A DNA stretch of 31,000 nucleotides from Flectonema sp. DT1601 (lineage: Eukaryota), in the NCBI GenBank assembly GCA_964019425.1, contig OZ025800.1, positions 1,240,001-1,271,000 on the forward strand. The letters are read 5' to 3'. A program made the translations under genes and the position numbers. Below the pieces are notes generated by a model. That model was not told the DNA's origin and did no database searches. It saw only the letters and a list, made by a program, of their open reading frames with translations. This document shows positions 12,901 through 21,589 of this stretch, in pieces. Every line of letters begins with the position of its first letter. Positions within the stretch are counted from its first letter, which is position 1.

Positions 12901-13838
12901 GAAGAAGATGGTATCACATCTTTCTTTACAGTCACTGGATCTCAGCAATCTTAGTTCTTTTCTTCTCGTGCCTGCACTCCAGTACGATTCTGATTCCGGT
13001 ATCAGTGGCGTCAGGGTTCATTGTTATATCTGCTATTTATAAGTTCATCCAACCTGCGGCTGTAGTGAGAGAGAAGATCTCTAGCGAAGACGGTCAGTAC
13101 ACTAAGATGAAGGTGAGTATTAAAAATCAGAAACCATGTACGTACGGAAGCTACTACAACGTGGGGGTAAAGGGAGACATGTTCCAGACGCATCCATTTT
13201 CTGTAGTGAAGAATGGGTCAACTGTTGATTTTATTATTAAGAACATGGGTCCTGGAACCTCAACAGACCACATCATTAAAAGTATCGAAGAGAGTGACAC
13301 TGTTCGTTTAGAAGGTCCGTTTGGAGTTCCAACTGTGATGCCACAACACTACGAAAGAGTCATTCTCTGCGCTGGTGGTGTTGGTGTGACTCCACTCGTT
13401 GGTATTATGAATATGTGTGCTGCCTCAAAAACTGATGATGAAACTGAAATGCAAAGCACTCCTGGAAACTCAGAGTCGGCAAAGATTCACCTCCATTGGA
13501 GTTGCCGTGACGTAGCTTTGCTCGAACTAGTCGCACCGTACCTCAACGAGTTGGAAACGGAATCGGTACACACCTTTCTGTACTACACTGGTGGGGGAGA
13601 GATTTCCCATATCAAGATTCCAGCTAATGTTACTGTCACTTCAGGAAGACCTGATTACAGTAAAGTATTCATATCAGGAGGTTCTCTGTTTCAAGAAACC
13701 AACACCGATACCCCCGCCGGTGATGTTGGTGTGTACACGTGTGGTCCAGAACTGATGGAAAAATCTGTTTTACAAGCGATTGATAGCTGTGAATACAGAG
13801 GCGCTTTGGTTGTGCATTCTGAAACATTCTTAATGTAA
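6999..13838 (+). CDS. Multi-DOMON (12 domains) ferric reductase/NOX-family transmembrane oxidoreductase, 2279 aa
   Basis: Signal peptide; 10 near-identical plus 2 divergent DOMON domains (W/YFxVGF..M ... IWAxG....YH). TM domain has paired His in YHRWLG...SIHG and SHW...CLH. FAD motifs HPFS and EGPFG; NADPH motifs AGGVGVTP, WSCR, GRP, CGP; terminal HSETF. Confidence 0.9.
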   Translation: MISRMALLLLFYVTTSSADVIGSWSDSGITSTVEVGNDVRITMTGFNDGWFAVGFGGNTMAATASAIVVENGVAPYEKVLGSQTAGTDPPAVLTVVSDTRNGPFRIVVVTRPIAGGSGTYTFPSAVGSIDVIWAAGMGAYAYHMGFRGVGMIDFAVPTPAPPTAPPTDAPSAISVVGSWSGSGITSTVEVGTEVKITMTGPNVGYFSVGFGGNTMAATASAIVVENGVAPYEKVLGSQTAGTDPPAVLTVISDTVDGANRVVVVTRPIAGGSGTYTFPTAAGSIDVIWASGAGAYVYHDARGASSIQFAAPVITPIEGTWSGSGITSTVEVGNEVRITMTGPNVGYFSVGFGGNVMTNTASAIVVENGVAPYEKVLGSYTAGTDPPAVLTVVSDTVDGANRVVVVTRPIAGGSGTYTFPVFPGSIDVIWASGAGAYVYHDARGASSMDFAAPVITPIEGTWSGSGITSTVEVGNEVRITMTGFNDGWFAVGFGGNTMATTASAIVVENGVAPYEKVLGSQTAGTDPPAVLTVVSDTRNGPFRIVVVTRPIAGGSGTYTFPSAVGSIDVIWAAGMGAYAYHMGFRGVGMIDFAVPTPAPPTAPPTDAPSAISVVGSWSGSGITSTVEVGTEVKITMTGPNVGYFAVGFGGNTMTNTASAIVVENGVAPYEKVLGSQTAGTDPPAVLTVISDTVDGANRVVVVTRPIAGGSGTYTFPTAAGSIDVIWASGAGAYVYHDARGASSIQFAAPVITPIEGTWSGSGITSTVEVGNEVRITMTGPNVGYFSVGFGGNVMTNTASAIVVENGVAPYEKVLGSYTAGTDPPAVLTVVSDTVDGANRVVVVTRPIAGGSGTYTFPVFPGSIDVIWASGAGAYVYHDARGASSMDFAAPVITPIEGTWSGSGITSTVEVGNEVRITMTGFNDGWFAVGFGGNTMATTASAIVVENGVAPYEKVLGSQTAGTDPPAVLTVVSDTRNGPFRIVVVTRPIAGGSGTYTFPSAVGSIDVIWAAGMGAYAYHMGFRGVGMIDFAVPTPAPPTAPPTDAPSAISVVGSWSGSGITSTVEVGTEVKITMTGPNVGYFSVGFGGNTMAATASAIVVENGVAPYEKVLGSQTAGTDPPAVLTVISDTVDGANRVVVVTRPIAGGSGTYTFPTAAGSIDVIWASGAGAYVYHDARGASSIQFAAPVITPIEGTWSGSGITSTVEVGNEVRITMTGPNVGYFSVGFGGNVMTNTASAIVVENGVAPYEKVLGSYTAGTDPPAVLTVVSDTVDGANRVVVVTRPIAGGSGTYTFPVFPGSIDVIWASGAGAYVYHDARGAEMMTFTVATPVLPAARTDAPSTTSFTGSWSGSGITSTVEVETEVRITMTGPNVGYFSVGFGGNTMTNTASAIVVENGVAPYEKVLGSQTAGTDPPAVLTVVSDTVDGANRVVVVTRPIAGGSGTYAFPTAAGSIDVIWASGAGAYVYHNSRGDGSLTFVSSNPAATPAPISDAPPTAVPTAAPPTAAPPSISTISSDGIIASDQVTGVTTDVRFSSDEATITVRGPPGVWFGVAFGQIRMMPTATAFIITSGSPTTVEERTLTDRSEGTLIDSIQGDKIVSDAIVGGMREVVFMRTMAGQGESFTFDTTAASVEMMTAMGRTADYTSGHSVSSGLNIGASAQVFSQQFSLTSLNFDENKFQMVMRCQVGLWCGISLGTMEDGRSITCREPGLCENSKLVISGPQPEAIQKVTVTEFAVENGFFTLTATFDEVGSGFVSGAAILWSVGTVTNGNLDKHEDNQRGGQFLATGGTRDVGDDKTLRIGYSMIAIVLIAGIGLVSGLMYYRYNKNGPDFISKKLFNSHAGTIIAMIVVAIACTVSYFASYSTDEWWYGTANPAVITLTTTLLLSSGSIGQLVKISRERLITYHRWLGVSFLLFSSIHGIGYLIDSSNNDILDLMWKTDDYKGAAPLYGVLSLLCTFLMFSLSFIRRRWYHIFLYSHWISAILVLFFSCLHSSTILIPVSVASGFIVISAIYKFIQPAAVVREKISSEDGQYTKMKVSIKNQKPCTYGSYYNVGVKGDMFQTHPFSVVKNGSTVDFIIKNMGPGTSTDHIIKSIEESDTVRLEGPFGVPTVMPQHYERVILCAGGVGVTPLVGIMNMCAASKTDDETEMQSTPGNSESAKIHLHWSCRDVALLELVAPYLNELETESVHTFLYYTGGGEISHIKIPANVTVTSGRPDYSKVFISGGSLFQETNTDTPAGDVGVYTCGPELMEKSVLQAIDSCEYRGALVVHSETFLM
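7055..11430 (+). repeat. Coding higher-order tandem repeat: three copies of a 1311-nt unit (DOMON A-B-C) plus a tenth DOMON copy
   Basis: Equivalent landmarks recur at 7421/8732/10043 and 7886/9197/10508 (offset 1311). Sub-units are about 420-465 nt, with PTPAPPTAPPTDAP linkers after each A copy. Confidence 0.95.
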
Positions 13839-15797
13839 TAAAATGCCTTTTTATTTCTCTTTCTTTCTTTCTTTCTTTCTTTCTTATTTTTATATAAGGG
13901 TGACTGAGGGACATATCCCAAGGTTATTTATATCTTACTCTGAATTAAAAAGAAATAATAAAATAAAAAAAATGCATTCTCGGCCGTGTGGCTAAATAAG
14001 ATGCAAACAAAAAAAAAGAAAACGCAAATGCCTATAGAAGTTCTTACTACGATCCATCCGAGAACGTGTGTTTTTTTCTTTTCACTTACTTACTTGCGGA
14101 CAATTGTCTCGCGATTATAAACTTTTTCAATTCTCAATTGTGTTGTGTTCTACATTATTTTTATTTTTATTTTTATTTTTATACTCCCTTTCTCTGCCAA
14201 TTCGACAATTAAGGATTTCCTTTTTTTTAGTGTGTCCTTTAATTTAAGCACTTAACAAATGAGACAATCACGTGGGAAGGTGAACATTCGCAACCTTTTC
14301 ATCGCTATCTTCCCGGCCCCATGTGATGGGAGGTACTCTCTTATCGGTAGTGCAATCATGCTGATATTAATTTCTTGTATTCTATTGTACGCTGTCTTCC
14401 TTGGTTCTAGTTGGTAACAGCCTACCTCATTTTTATTATTTTGGGTTCTTGTTCAAACCCAGCTTTGCTTCTATGTCTGTTTGTTCTTTCATCTCGTCAT
14501 CATGTGACCTTCCTTTTCTTCCTCTCTTGAAAAAAAGAAAACAAATCATTTTTTTTAAAAAAATTAATTAAGTTATGGCCCAAAACATAACGAATGCGCT
14601 CGCTCTGACCCGACTGTGCATCCTGGGATCCCAACCGTAGCTCAGTATTGGGGAATCACATCCTAGGTACAAGTTTTCGTGGACAGAGACGCTCTTGTTT
14701 CCCGACTTGACCAGAAACAAAAACCATCTTCTTTCCGAATAACCAGATTCGACGATATCTGGATACTTATACTGACACTAACTTATGTATGAGTGTAATA
14801 CATTATCTTTGTGTTTTAGCTATGCTGAAATGAAACTAAATCTTTTGTGATATTTGTCAGTTTTAACTTTATTACTTATCGTTGAGTATTTTTAAAGTTT
14901 ATTATTGGTCACTCCCTCTCTTTTTTGTGTGTAACAAGCTGTGTTTTTTACGTTTTCCAGACAAGGTTTTTCAACTACCCCTTCACTCTCTGGTTGATTA
15001 ACAATTGCCTTACTAAAACAGCTCTGAAAATATTCCGCTTTGAGCGTATATATCATTGAGCGATATTTCTATTTAATTTATTCCCTTGCCGATCTGATCG
15101 ATGATCGTTTTTCGGCAATTTTCTTTCTCTCCCTCTCTTTTTATTTCTTTGTAAATTACTGTATTCTATTCAAAATGAATTCCGCAGTACTTTTACCATC
15201 AACTTGATGTGAGGCTTCAGCTGCCTACCATCAAACGATGTTTCTTCTACCGTTTTTTTCTCTCTCAAGTACTTCTCAAGTTTTTTTTTATTGAACCGGA
15301 GTAACTACCGCTTCGGAACAAATATAAAAATTCAAACGCTAAACTGATGACAAAAACAAAATCTATTGAATGCAGTAGCAGCAGCATCAGCTGAAGTTTC
15401 TTATTAGTAAAAAACAAAAAAAAGAGGAAAAAAATGAAAAACACAAAAAAAAAAAAAAAAAAAAAATCCTGTCTTCCTTTTTTCAGTCCCTTCAATTGTG
15501 AAAGTAGTGACTGCTGGTATCTCCGTTATCATTAATAGAGGTAGCAAATTTATCGGTAGCTTGCTTTGACTTCCCTGACTTCAATACATAAAATAAGATA
15601 AATGATTTGTAGCTACTTAAGTTTATCTTTCTCTAACAGGTCAGGTACGTTCACTCAGTATAAAAGAGCCCGAGGATACATGTAGATAACGGTGTGGCTC
15701 TTTCATGGGTTTAGGTTGAAGGGTCGAAAACTAGTTTAAGCTTTAACGGCCCCCGAATTCCCATATTGGACACCACATATATGATTTCACCTCCACC

Positions 15798-16100
15798 ATG
15801 ACATCTACATTAGAGAAAGACGAATACAGAAAGTACTTGAAAGAGACGATGGCGAAGATTGCAGCAATCGAACCAATTCTGGCTGATGTGGATACACAGA
15901 GACGTCTAATGAACCCCGCAATTGGTGAGTGTGGGAGTCTGAAAGATTACCAGCCGAAACTGGAGGTAAAGAAAAACAAACTATAGGAGTTGTTGATGCT
16001 CCTAGGGTTATACCTTTACTCTTTGTTTGTAACGTATTTCTTGCACATTTGCCCACCAACCAAACAGAAAACGCACAACGAAAGCGAAGACAAACAGTTG
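15798..16100 (+). pseudogene. Decayed copy of the helical header exon, its intron and the start of exon 2
   Basis: DEYRKYLKETMAKIAAIE and LKDYQPKLE align with the header at 28971 (DQDYRKQWNVTVAEIAAIK, LVNYLKKLE). In-frame TAG at 15984 and an apparent 1-nt deletion near 15996. Intron 16007..16067 begins GTTATACCTTTACT..TTTGTTTGTAACG, like the intron at 21866. The next exon starts KTHN, as at 29468. Confidence 0.7.
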
Positions 16101-16350
16101 ATATCGGAGTGTTGGTTGCATGTTTGGTTTGGATGGCTTGTTTCTTTGTTAGGAAACATTTAATAATGTCGTTCACAACAAGGGCGTGCAAGTTTATTGT
16201 ATTTGTCAGTCTGATTAATTCCAACGTCTTACAACTGTTTGATAAGTTCAGTCCATCTGTGTAGTACCGTGATCTCTTTTCTGAAGCCTGCTTGCATTGA
16301 ACCGCCGATGTTGCACTGGGCATATGTAAGACCTGTTCCTTTGCGTTCTG

Positions 16351-17973
16351 TTGCTTTGTTGCAGTTTTTTGCTAGCTTGGAGTACCGATGCTGACTTTCT
16401 TGAACTCTCTCTCGCAGGATCGCGGCTTCGAGCAGGTAGTCGACTGGTGTCGTACGGAGTGGAGGACGGCTCTCTGTTGGATGCATCAGTGGTGCGCTTG
16501 TTTGGATTGGAATGGTTCACAGATGCTGCAAAGAGAGCGAAGGCATTCCTACGAGGAGAACGGGATCAGGACGGGTTTTTGTGCCTTGATACTCCCACAT
16601 TCGCTGTGGATGGCTGTCTTCAGTTTAATAACAGGAAGTGGTTCTCTGATGATGTTACGAACATCTCATTCAGCAACTCTGACCCCTCAGTCACGACCGT
16701 TTCAGATGATTTCTTATCCTCATTTCGTGAGGTTATAAAGATCGGTCTGCCTGGTCTTCAATACATCACATCTGTTGGTAATCAGTTCCTCAGTAATTGC
16801 AATTCACTGTCATCCGTAGACTTATCAAGTCACAGCAACGTGTTAGCTGTTGGAGACTCTTTTCTAAGTAATTGTTCATCCCTCACATCTCTGGACTTGT
16901 CTGGTCTCAGCAATGTTTCAGCTGTTGGAGACTCTTTTCTGCGTAATTGTTCATCCCTCACATCTCTGGACTTATCAAGTCTCAGCAACGTGTTAGCTGT
17001 TGGAGACGATTTTCTAAGTAATTGTCCATCCCTCACATCTCTGGACTTATCAAGTCTCAGCAATGTTTCAGCAGTTGCAAACGCTTTTCTATTTAATTGT
17101 TCATCCCTCACATCTCTGGACTTGTCTGGTCTCAGCAATGTTTCAGCAGTTGCAAACGTTTTTCTATTTAATTGTTCATCCCTCACATCTCTAGACTTAT
17201 CAAGTCTCAGCAATGTTTCAGCAGTTGCAAACGCTTTTCTATATTCTTGTTCATCCCTCACATCTCTGGACTTGTCTGGTCTCAGCAATGTTTCAGCAGT
17301 TGCAAACGTTTTTCTATTTAATTGTTCATCCCTCACATCTCTGGACTTATCAAGTCTCAGCAATATTTCAGCTGTTGGAGACTATTTTCTAAGTAATTGT
17401 TCATCCCTCACATCTCTGGACTTATCAAGTCTCAGCAACGTGTTAGCTGTTGGAGACGATTTTCTAAGTAATTGTCCATCCCTCACATCTCTGGACTTAT
17501 CAAGTCTCAGCAATGTTTCAGCAGTTGCAAACGCTTTTCTATTTAATTGTTCATCCCTCACATCTCTGGACTTGTCTGGTCTCAGCAATGTTTCAGCAGT
17601 TGCAAACGTTTTTCTATTTAATTGTTCATCCCTCACATCTCTAGACTTATCAAGTCTCAGCAATGTTTCAGCAGTTGCAAACGCTTTTCTATATTCTTGT
17701 TCATCCCTCACATCTCTGGACTTATCAAATCTCAGCAATGTTTCAGCTGTTGGAAGGCATTTTCTAAGTAATTGTTCATCCCTCACATCTCTGGACTTAT
17801 CAAGTCTCAGCAATATTTCAGCTGTTGGAAGGCATTTTCTAAGTGATTGTTCATCACTTACTTCCTTGGATTTAACCCTCATGAATGTGGAATCCGTTGG
17901 AAGTAATTTCCTAAAAGGTTGTTCATCCATTAACAGAAACGAACTGCATACGAGTATAAGGAATTTGAAATAA
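16351..17973 (+). CDS. Leucine-rich repeat protein (about 15 x 25-aa BspA/LRR_5-like repeats) with a partial N-terminal ubiquitin-like domain; true start unresolved (upstream exon or pseudogene)
   Basis: Repeat SSLTSLDLSxLSNVSAVxxxFLxNC. LELSLAGSRLRAGSRLVSYGVEDGSLL resembles ubiquitin [26 protein letters not shown]. No in-frame ATG near the 5' end. Confidence 0.8.
   Translation: MLCCSFLLAWSTDADFLELSLAGSRLRAGSRLVSYGVEDGSLLDASVVRLFGLEWFTDAAKRAKAFLRGERDQDGFLCLDTPTFAVDGCLQFNNRKWFSDDVTNISFSNSDPSVTTVSDDFLSSFREVIKIGLPGLQYITSVGNQFLSNCNSLSSVDLSSHSNVLAVGDSFLSNCSSLTSLDLSGLSNVSAVGDSFLRNCSSLTSLDLSSLSNVLAVGDDFLSNCPSLTSLDLSSLSNVSAVANAFLFNCSSLTSLDLSGLSNVSAVANVFLFNCSSLTSLDLSSLSNVSAVANAFLYSCSSLTSLDLSGLSNVSAVANVFLFNCSSLTSLDLSSLSNISAVGDYFLSNCSSLTSLDLSSLSNVLAVGDDFLSNCPSLTSLDLSSLSNVSAVANAFLFNCSSLTSLDLSGLSNVSAVANVFLFNCSSLTSLDLSSLSNVSAVANAFLYSCSSLTSLDLSNLSNVSAVGRHFLSNCSSLTSLDLSSLSNISAVGRHFLSDCSSLTSLDLTLMNVESVGSNFLKGCSSINRNELHTSIRNLK
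16801..17922 (+). repeat. 75-nt coding tandem array (LRR units) with an internal duplication at 450-nt offset
   Basis: Units of 75 nt from 16801. The block at about 16951-17270 recurs at about 17401-17720. Confidence 0.95.
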
Positions 17974-18450
17974 TAGAAATCATAAATGTTGTTTTTAGTG
18001 TGTGTGTGTTGTTCCCTTTGTGTTATTTGAAGAAATTTAATTTATATTTTATTTGATGGTGTTTTCAGAAAAGAAGTTCACACACTCTTAATAAGTGTTT
18101 GTTTTAATTAAAATTGAATGTTTAATTACATTGCAATATTCTTATTCCCTTTATTGGGTCATATTCTCATCAGATTCCCAACCCTGTTTGGTATTTCCCA
18201 CCCGCCTTTTCCCCCGCCAGTGTCTGGTCGAATCGAAACAGGCCTGACCCAACCCCTGTGCACGCGGAAGTAATCTGCACCCATCTACAGTGTAGATACT
18301 TCTTTTAGTTGATCTCAGCTTGTTTGGGTAATGCCTTATTCTCTTGTCATATTTCCTTCTCAGGTGCAAGCAGTGATGGAATACGAAGCGCAGAAATCTT
18401 TTTATTGAGCCTGATTAAGTATCTTATTACTCCCTCAAAGTAATTACTGA

Positions 18451-20666
18451 AACAAGGAACTCCCCGGGGACCAAGGCAGCTCCAGCTTCACAAGAAGTGA
18501 ATCGAAACGTCTCCTGTCAGAGAGCACTAATGACTCACCCACTCTAAGATCGGAACCAGACAAAAGGTCGATCAAAAGAGACAAGAGTCACATCTCTGAA
18601 GATAGCGACATCGAACGATGTAGCAGATACTTCAAACGAACCCTCATCACCGCAACATAAAGATTCAAAGGAAAATTCCAATCTGAGGTTGCTTCATTTT
18701 CATCTACCTTAGGAATACCTCCTTAGTCTTCGTTGTTTAGGCTTATGGAGTTTTGGTGGTGGAAGTGTAGTTGAATAGTACAGGTTCCAGTGTAGGAATA
18801 GAAAAATAAAAGTGAATTTGTTTACTTTCAGAGAGCTACTGCTCACCCATCCTCAGTCTCCATATAAGAGGCTGTCCTAACCCACGACACCACTTGGAGT
18901 AAATCAAAAAGACACCTTTCAGAAAGCAGCAACGATAAACCAAATCTAAGGTCTAAACCAACTGGTAGAGTTACTAAGAGAGGTAAAAGCCATGTGTCTG
19001 AGGAAAATAACACTGACAGTGACACCGATGATGATACAGAGGATACTGTTGAAATTACAGCGACTGACCCCCCCTCGAGTCCTGAGAAGTCGACACTCTG
19101 GGCGTTTAGATTTAGAATTCGAACGAATCTCGGATGTAGTAGAATAAGTGGAACAGCTCCAAGTGGGTTTGATTGTGTTATAAGAATTACGCTATTGAAG
19201 ACGGGACAGAATACTATTTACACGGACCTTATTACACCAGTTAGAGTCATTGGTAGTACTATCAGAATAAAGTCTGCCTCAGCACCTGTCGATGGTATTG
19301 TATCTGCGGGGATTAGAGATGGTGTTCAATTAACTCTCTTACCAGGAATATCAAGTGGAGCTGGATCACCATTTATGATTGATGAGTACCACACGGGTGA
19401 TATTTTCGCTCTTGTAGCCTCACCCTTACCTCTCAACAATGGAATTGCAAACCGCGATGGAACTCGTGCTGACCCTCCGCTAAATGGAGATCACTTGTCT
19501 CCTGTTTATCATTCTCCTGGTAGGATACTTGACTCGGAGTTGGGGACTACTTGGGGGGTTAAAATATATTTAAAACCAACCCTGCCGTGTAATAATTGCG
19601 AATTTACATTTCACAGTACTGACCCGACTCTGCGACAACAGAAAACGGACTCGTGACGGTTTCGGTATTTGATCAAACGGATGGAGTGTTTTGTACTCCA
19701 AGTCAGATTGATATAGGAGCGATTCCTTACTCTTCGACTGATGTTATAACTTCGACATTTACCGTCACTGTTGCTGCAGGTGATATCGCAGGAAGACTTT
19801 CATCTGGCTGGCCGAGGTGGTGGGTCTTTGTAAACCCGCTGACTGCACTATCAAAAATAGACTTCAGTGGACCAGTTTCCTCAGACATCACTTTACACTC
19901 AACTAGTCAATCTGATACTTCGATTATTGCTGTCAAGATGAAAGATTCATCTGGTGCGGTGTTCTCAGATTTGTATTTGAAGCGCGCTGCGGTGACTGTG
20001 ACACTTCCTGGTCAGATTGATATCTCTTTTGCGACTACTGGGATCAAATATTCCGAAACTGAAATAGGTTCCATTCCAGTTGGAGAAGTTCCTTACAAAT
20101 GCACTGCCAGGTTTGCTTTAGAATTAAAGACAGGAGTCATCACTCCAAGAGTATTAACACTCGGTGGAGTGACAGGTGCGAACAGTCTTTGTCAGAACAG
20201 TGAGGGATGTCAGTATTGGAAGGGACAACCAGGGACTGATATCTCATTTATTGCTGTAGTCAATTCAAAGACATCGAATGGTGGTGTTGGTGTTCCTTTA
20301 GAAGGCTATCGAGGAAATGTTACAGTCAGAACCGAAGTTGGAGAAGTCACGTGGTCTAATTGTGACGGAACTATCTGTACAACTGATTCACTTCAAATAA
20401 GCCCTTCAGAGATTTACCGCGACGTGACTGCTGAGGATGAACAAGTCTACACCTTTGGAGGAACTCCTGCTGTCTTTGAAAAAGATCAACATCCGTCATC
20501 TCCTTATTTAAAAATAACTTTAAAATCAACAACGTCACCAGTTCGAGATTCCCTTTTGTACATCTGCCTCACAGACAGCAGTAACGGAGTTGAGCAAATT
20601 GACACTTCTGTTGCCTGTTATTTCAATAAACTACGAAGCGGTTCAACAAGAAGCAATGATTATTAA
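18451..20666 (+). pseudogene. Disrupted gene(s): two diverged Ser/Lys-rich 40-aa repeats followed by a beta-rich, extracellular-looking protein fragment split by a frameshift
   Basis: Frame open 18868..19656 and an overlapping frame open 19623..20666, both Thr/Ser/Val/Gly-rich with spaced Cys pairs. No ATG start; stops at 18448, 18658 and 18865. No family recognised. Confidence 0.5.
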
Positions 20667-21233
20667 TTTGGTGATTTGGTATACTTCAGATGTCTTTTTT
20701 TTATTTGTCAAAAACAGGTCGTAGAAAATATTAAAAAATCTGATTCAAAATTTTGATACTCAAAAACTGCCCACTCAGAAGTGACATTGTTTCCTTACAA
20801 CTCATTAATAAAGTCAGAGAAGATGTTTTTTTGTGAGAGGATGAGGTCTTATGTTATTACTTTGCAAGTGTGTTGTGTGTTGGGAGATTTCACCAGACTA
20901 AACAATATAATCAAAAGAGGGAACGATTGACAGGCGCTGTGACTAAAAGTCCAGATGTCTGTAAAAACATCTGACGAAGTGCAGGGGAAGCAACATCAGC
21001 ACAGACCTAGAGTTATCGCATGTGGGAAGTGGCTACACATTTGCTCCGGCGGTGCATACAGCTGTACTTTGGGCTGAGTGATAGGTTTTTAAAGGTAAAT
21101 TAAAAGTCACCCCCATGCATATGTTACCATTCAGAAACACAAGAAATACGGAACTCGCTAAGTATCCGTTGTGATGAAACTTGATCTAGACATCCTCACG
21201 TCTCGTATCTTAGCCTCACCACTTGTAACCCTG

Positions 21234-21283
21234 GAAAGCGTGACCCCGAAAGCGTGATACGTAATCCCAGAAAGCGTGACCCT
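21234..21283 (+). repeat. Three direct copies of GAAAGCGTGA
   Basis: Copies at 21234, 21248 and 21270, about 310 nt upstream of the ATG at 21590. Confidence 0.8.
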
Positions 21284-21589
21284 CAGATTTACACTGCTTC
21301 TTACCCAATAGACTATGCACAGGTCAATAGATGTGTTTATTTGTCTGTTAGAACAAGAAAGAACTCACCGCAGAACAGAAAGGACTTAAAGCTTTAGCGA
21401 TCTCGAATAAGTTGGATGTTGTTAGTTAGATATGAATATCATTTCCCTCACAGATAATCAGTCCATTATGGGACACTGCCCTAAAAAAAGCTTATGTGTG
21501 GTATTAGTGTATTTCTTCAGCCGTGTAATTTCTCAACCAAATATCACAATCTATTTTCCCACAGGATATAACCTCTAGCACAAAACAAA

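Noticed and set aside
14630..14700. tRNA A-box-like TAGCTCAGTATTGG
   Set aside because: No GTTCRA B-box or cloverleaf follows.
15265..15495. Phe-rich minus-strand ORF
   Set aside because: Artefact of a poly-A-rich tract.
16801..17922. CRISPR-like appearance of the regular 75-nt array
   Set aside because: Units are in-frame LRR codons with no unique spacers, there are no cas genes, and the context is eukaryotic.
16830..17930. Minus-strand ORFs with RLDKSRDVRDEQ repeats
   Set aside because: Antisense translation of the LRR repeat.
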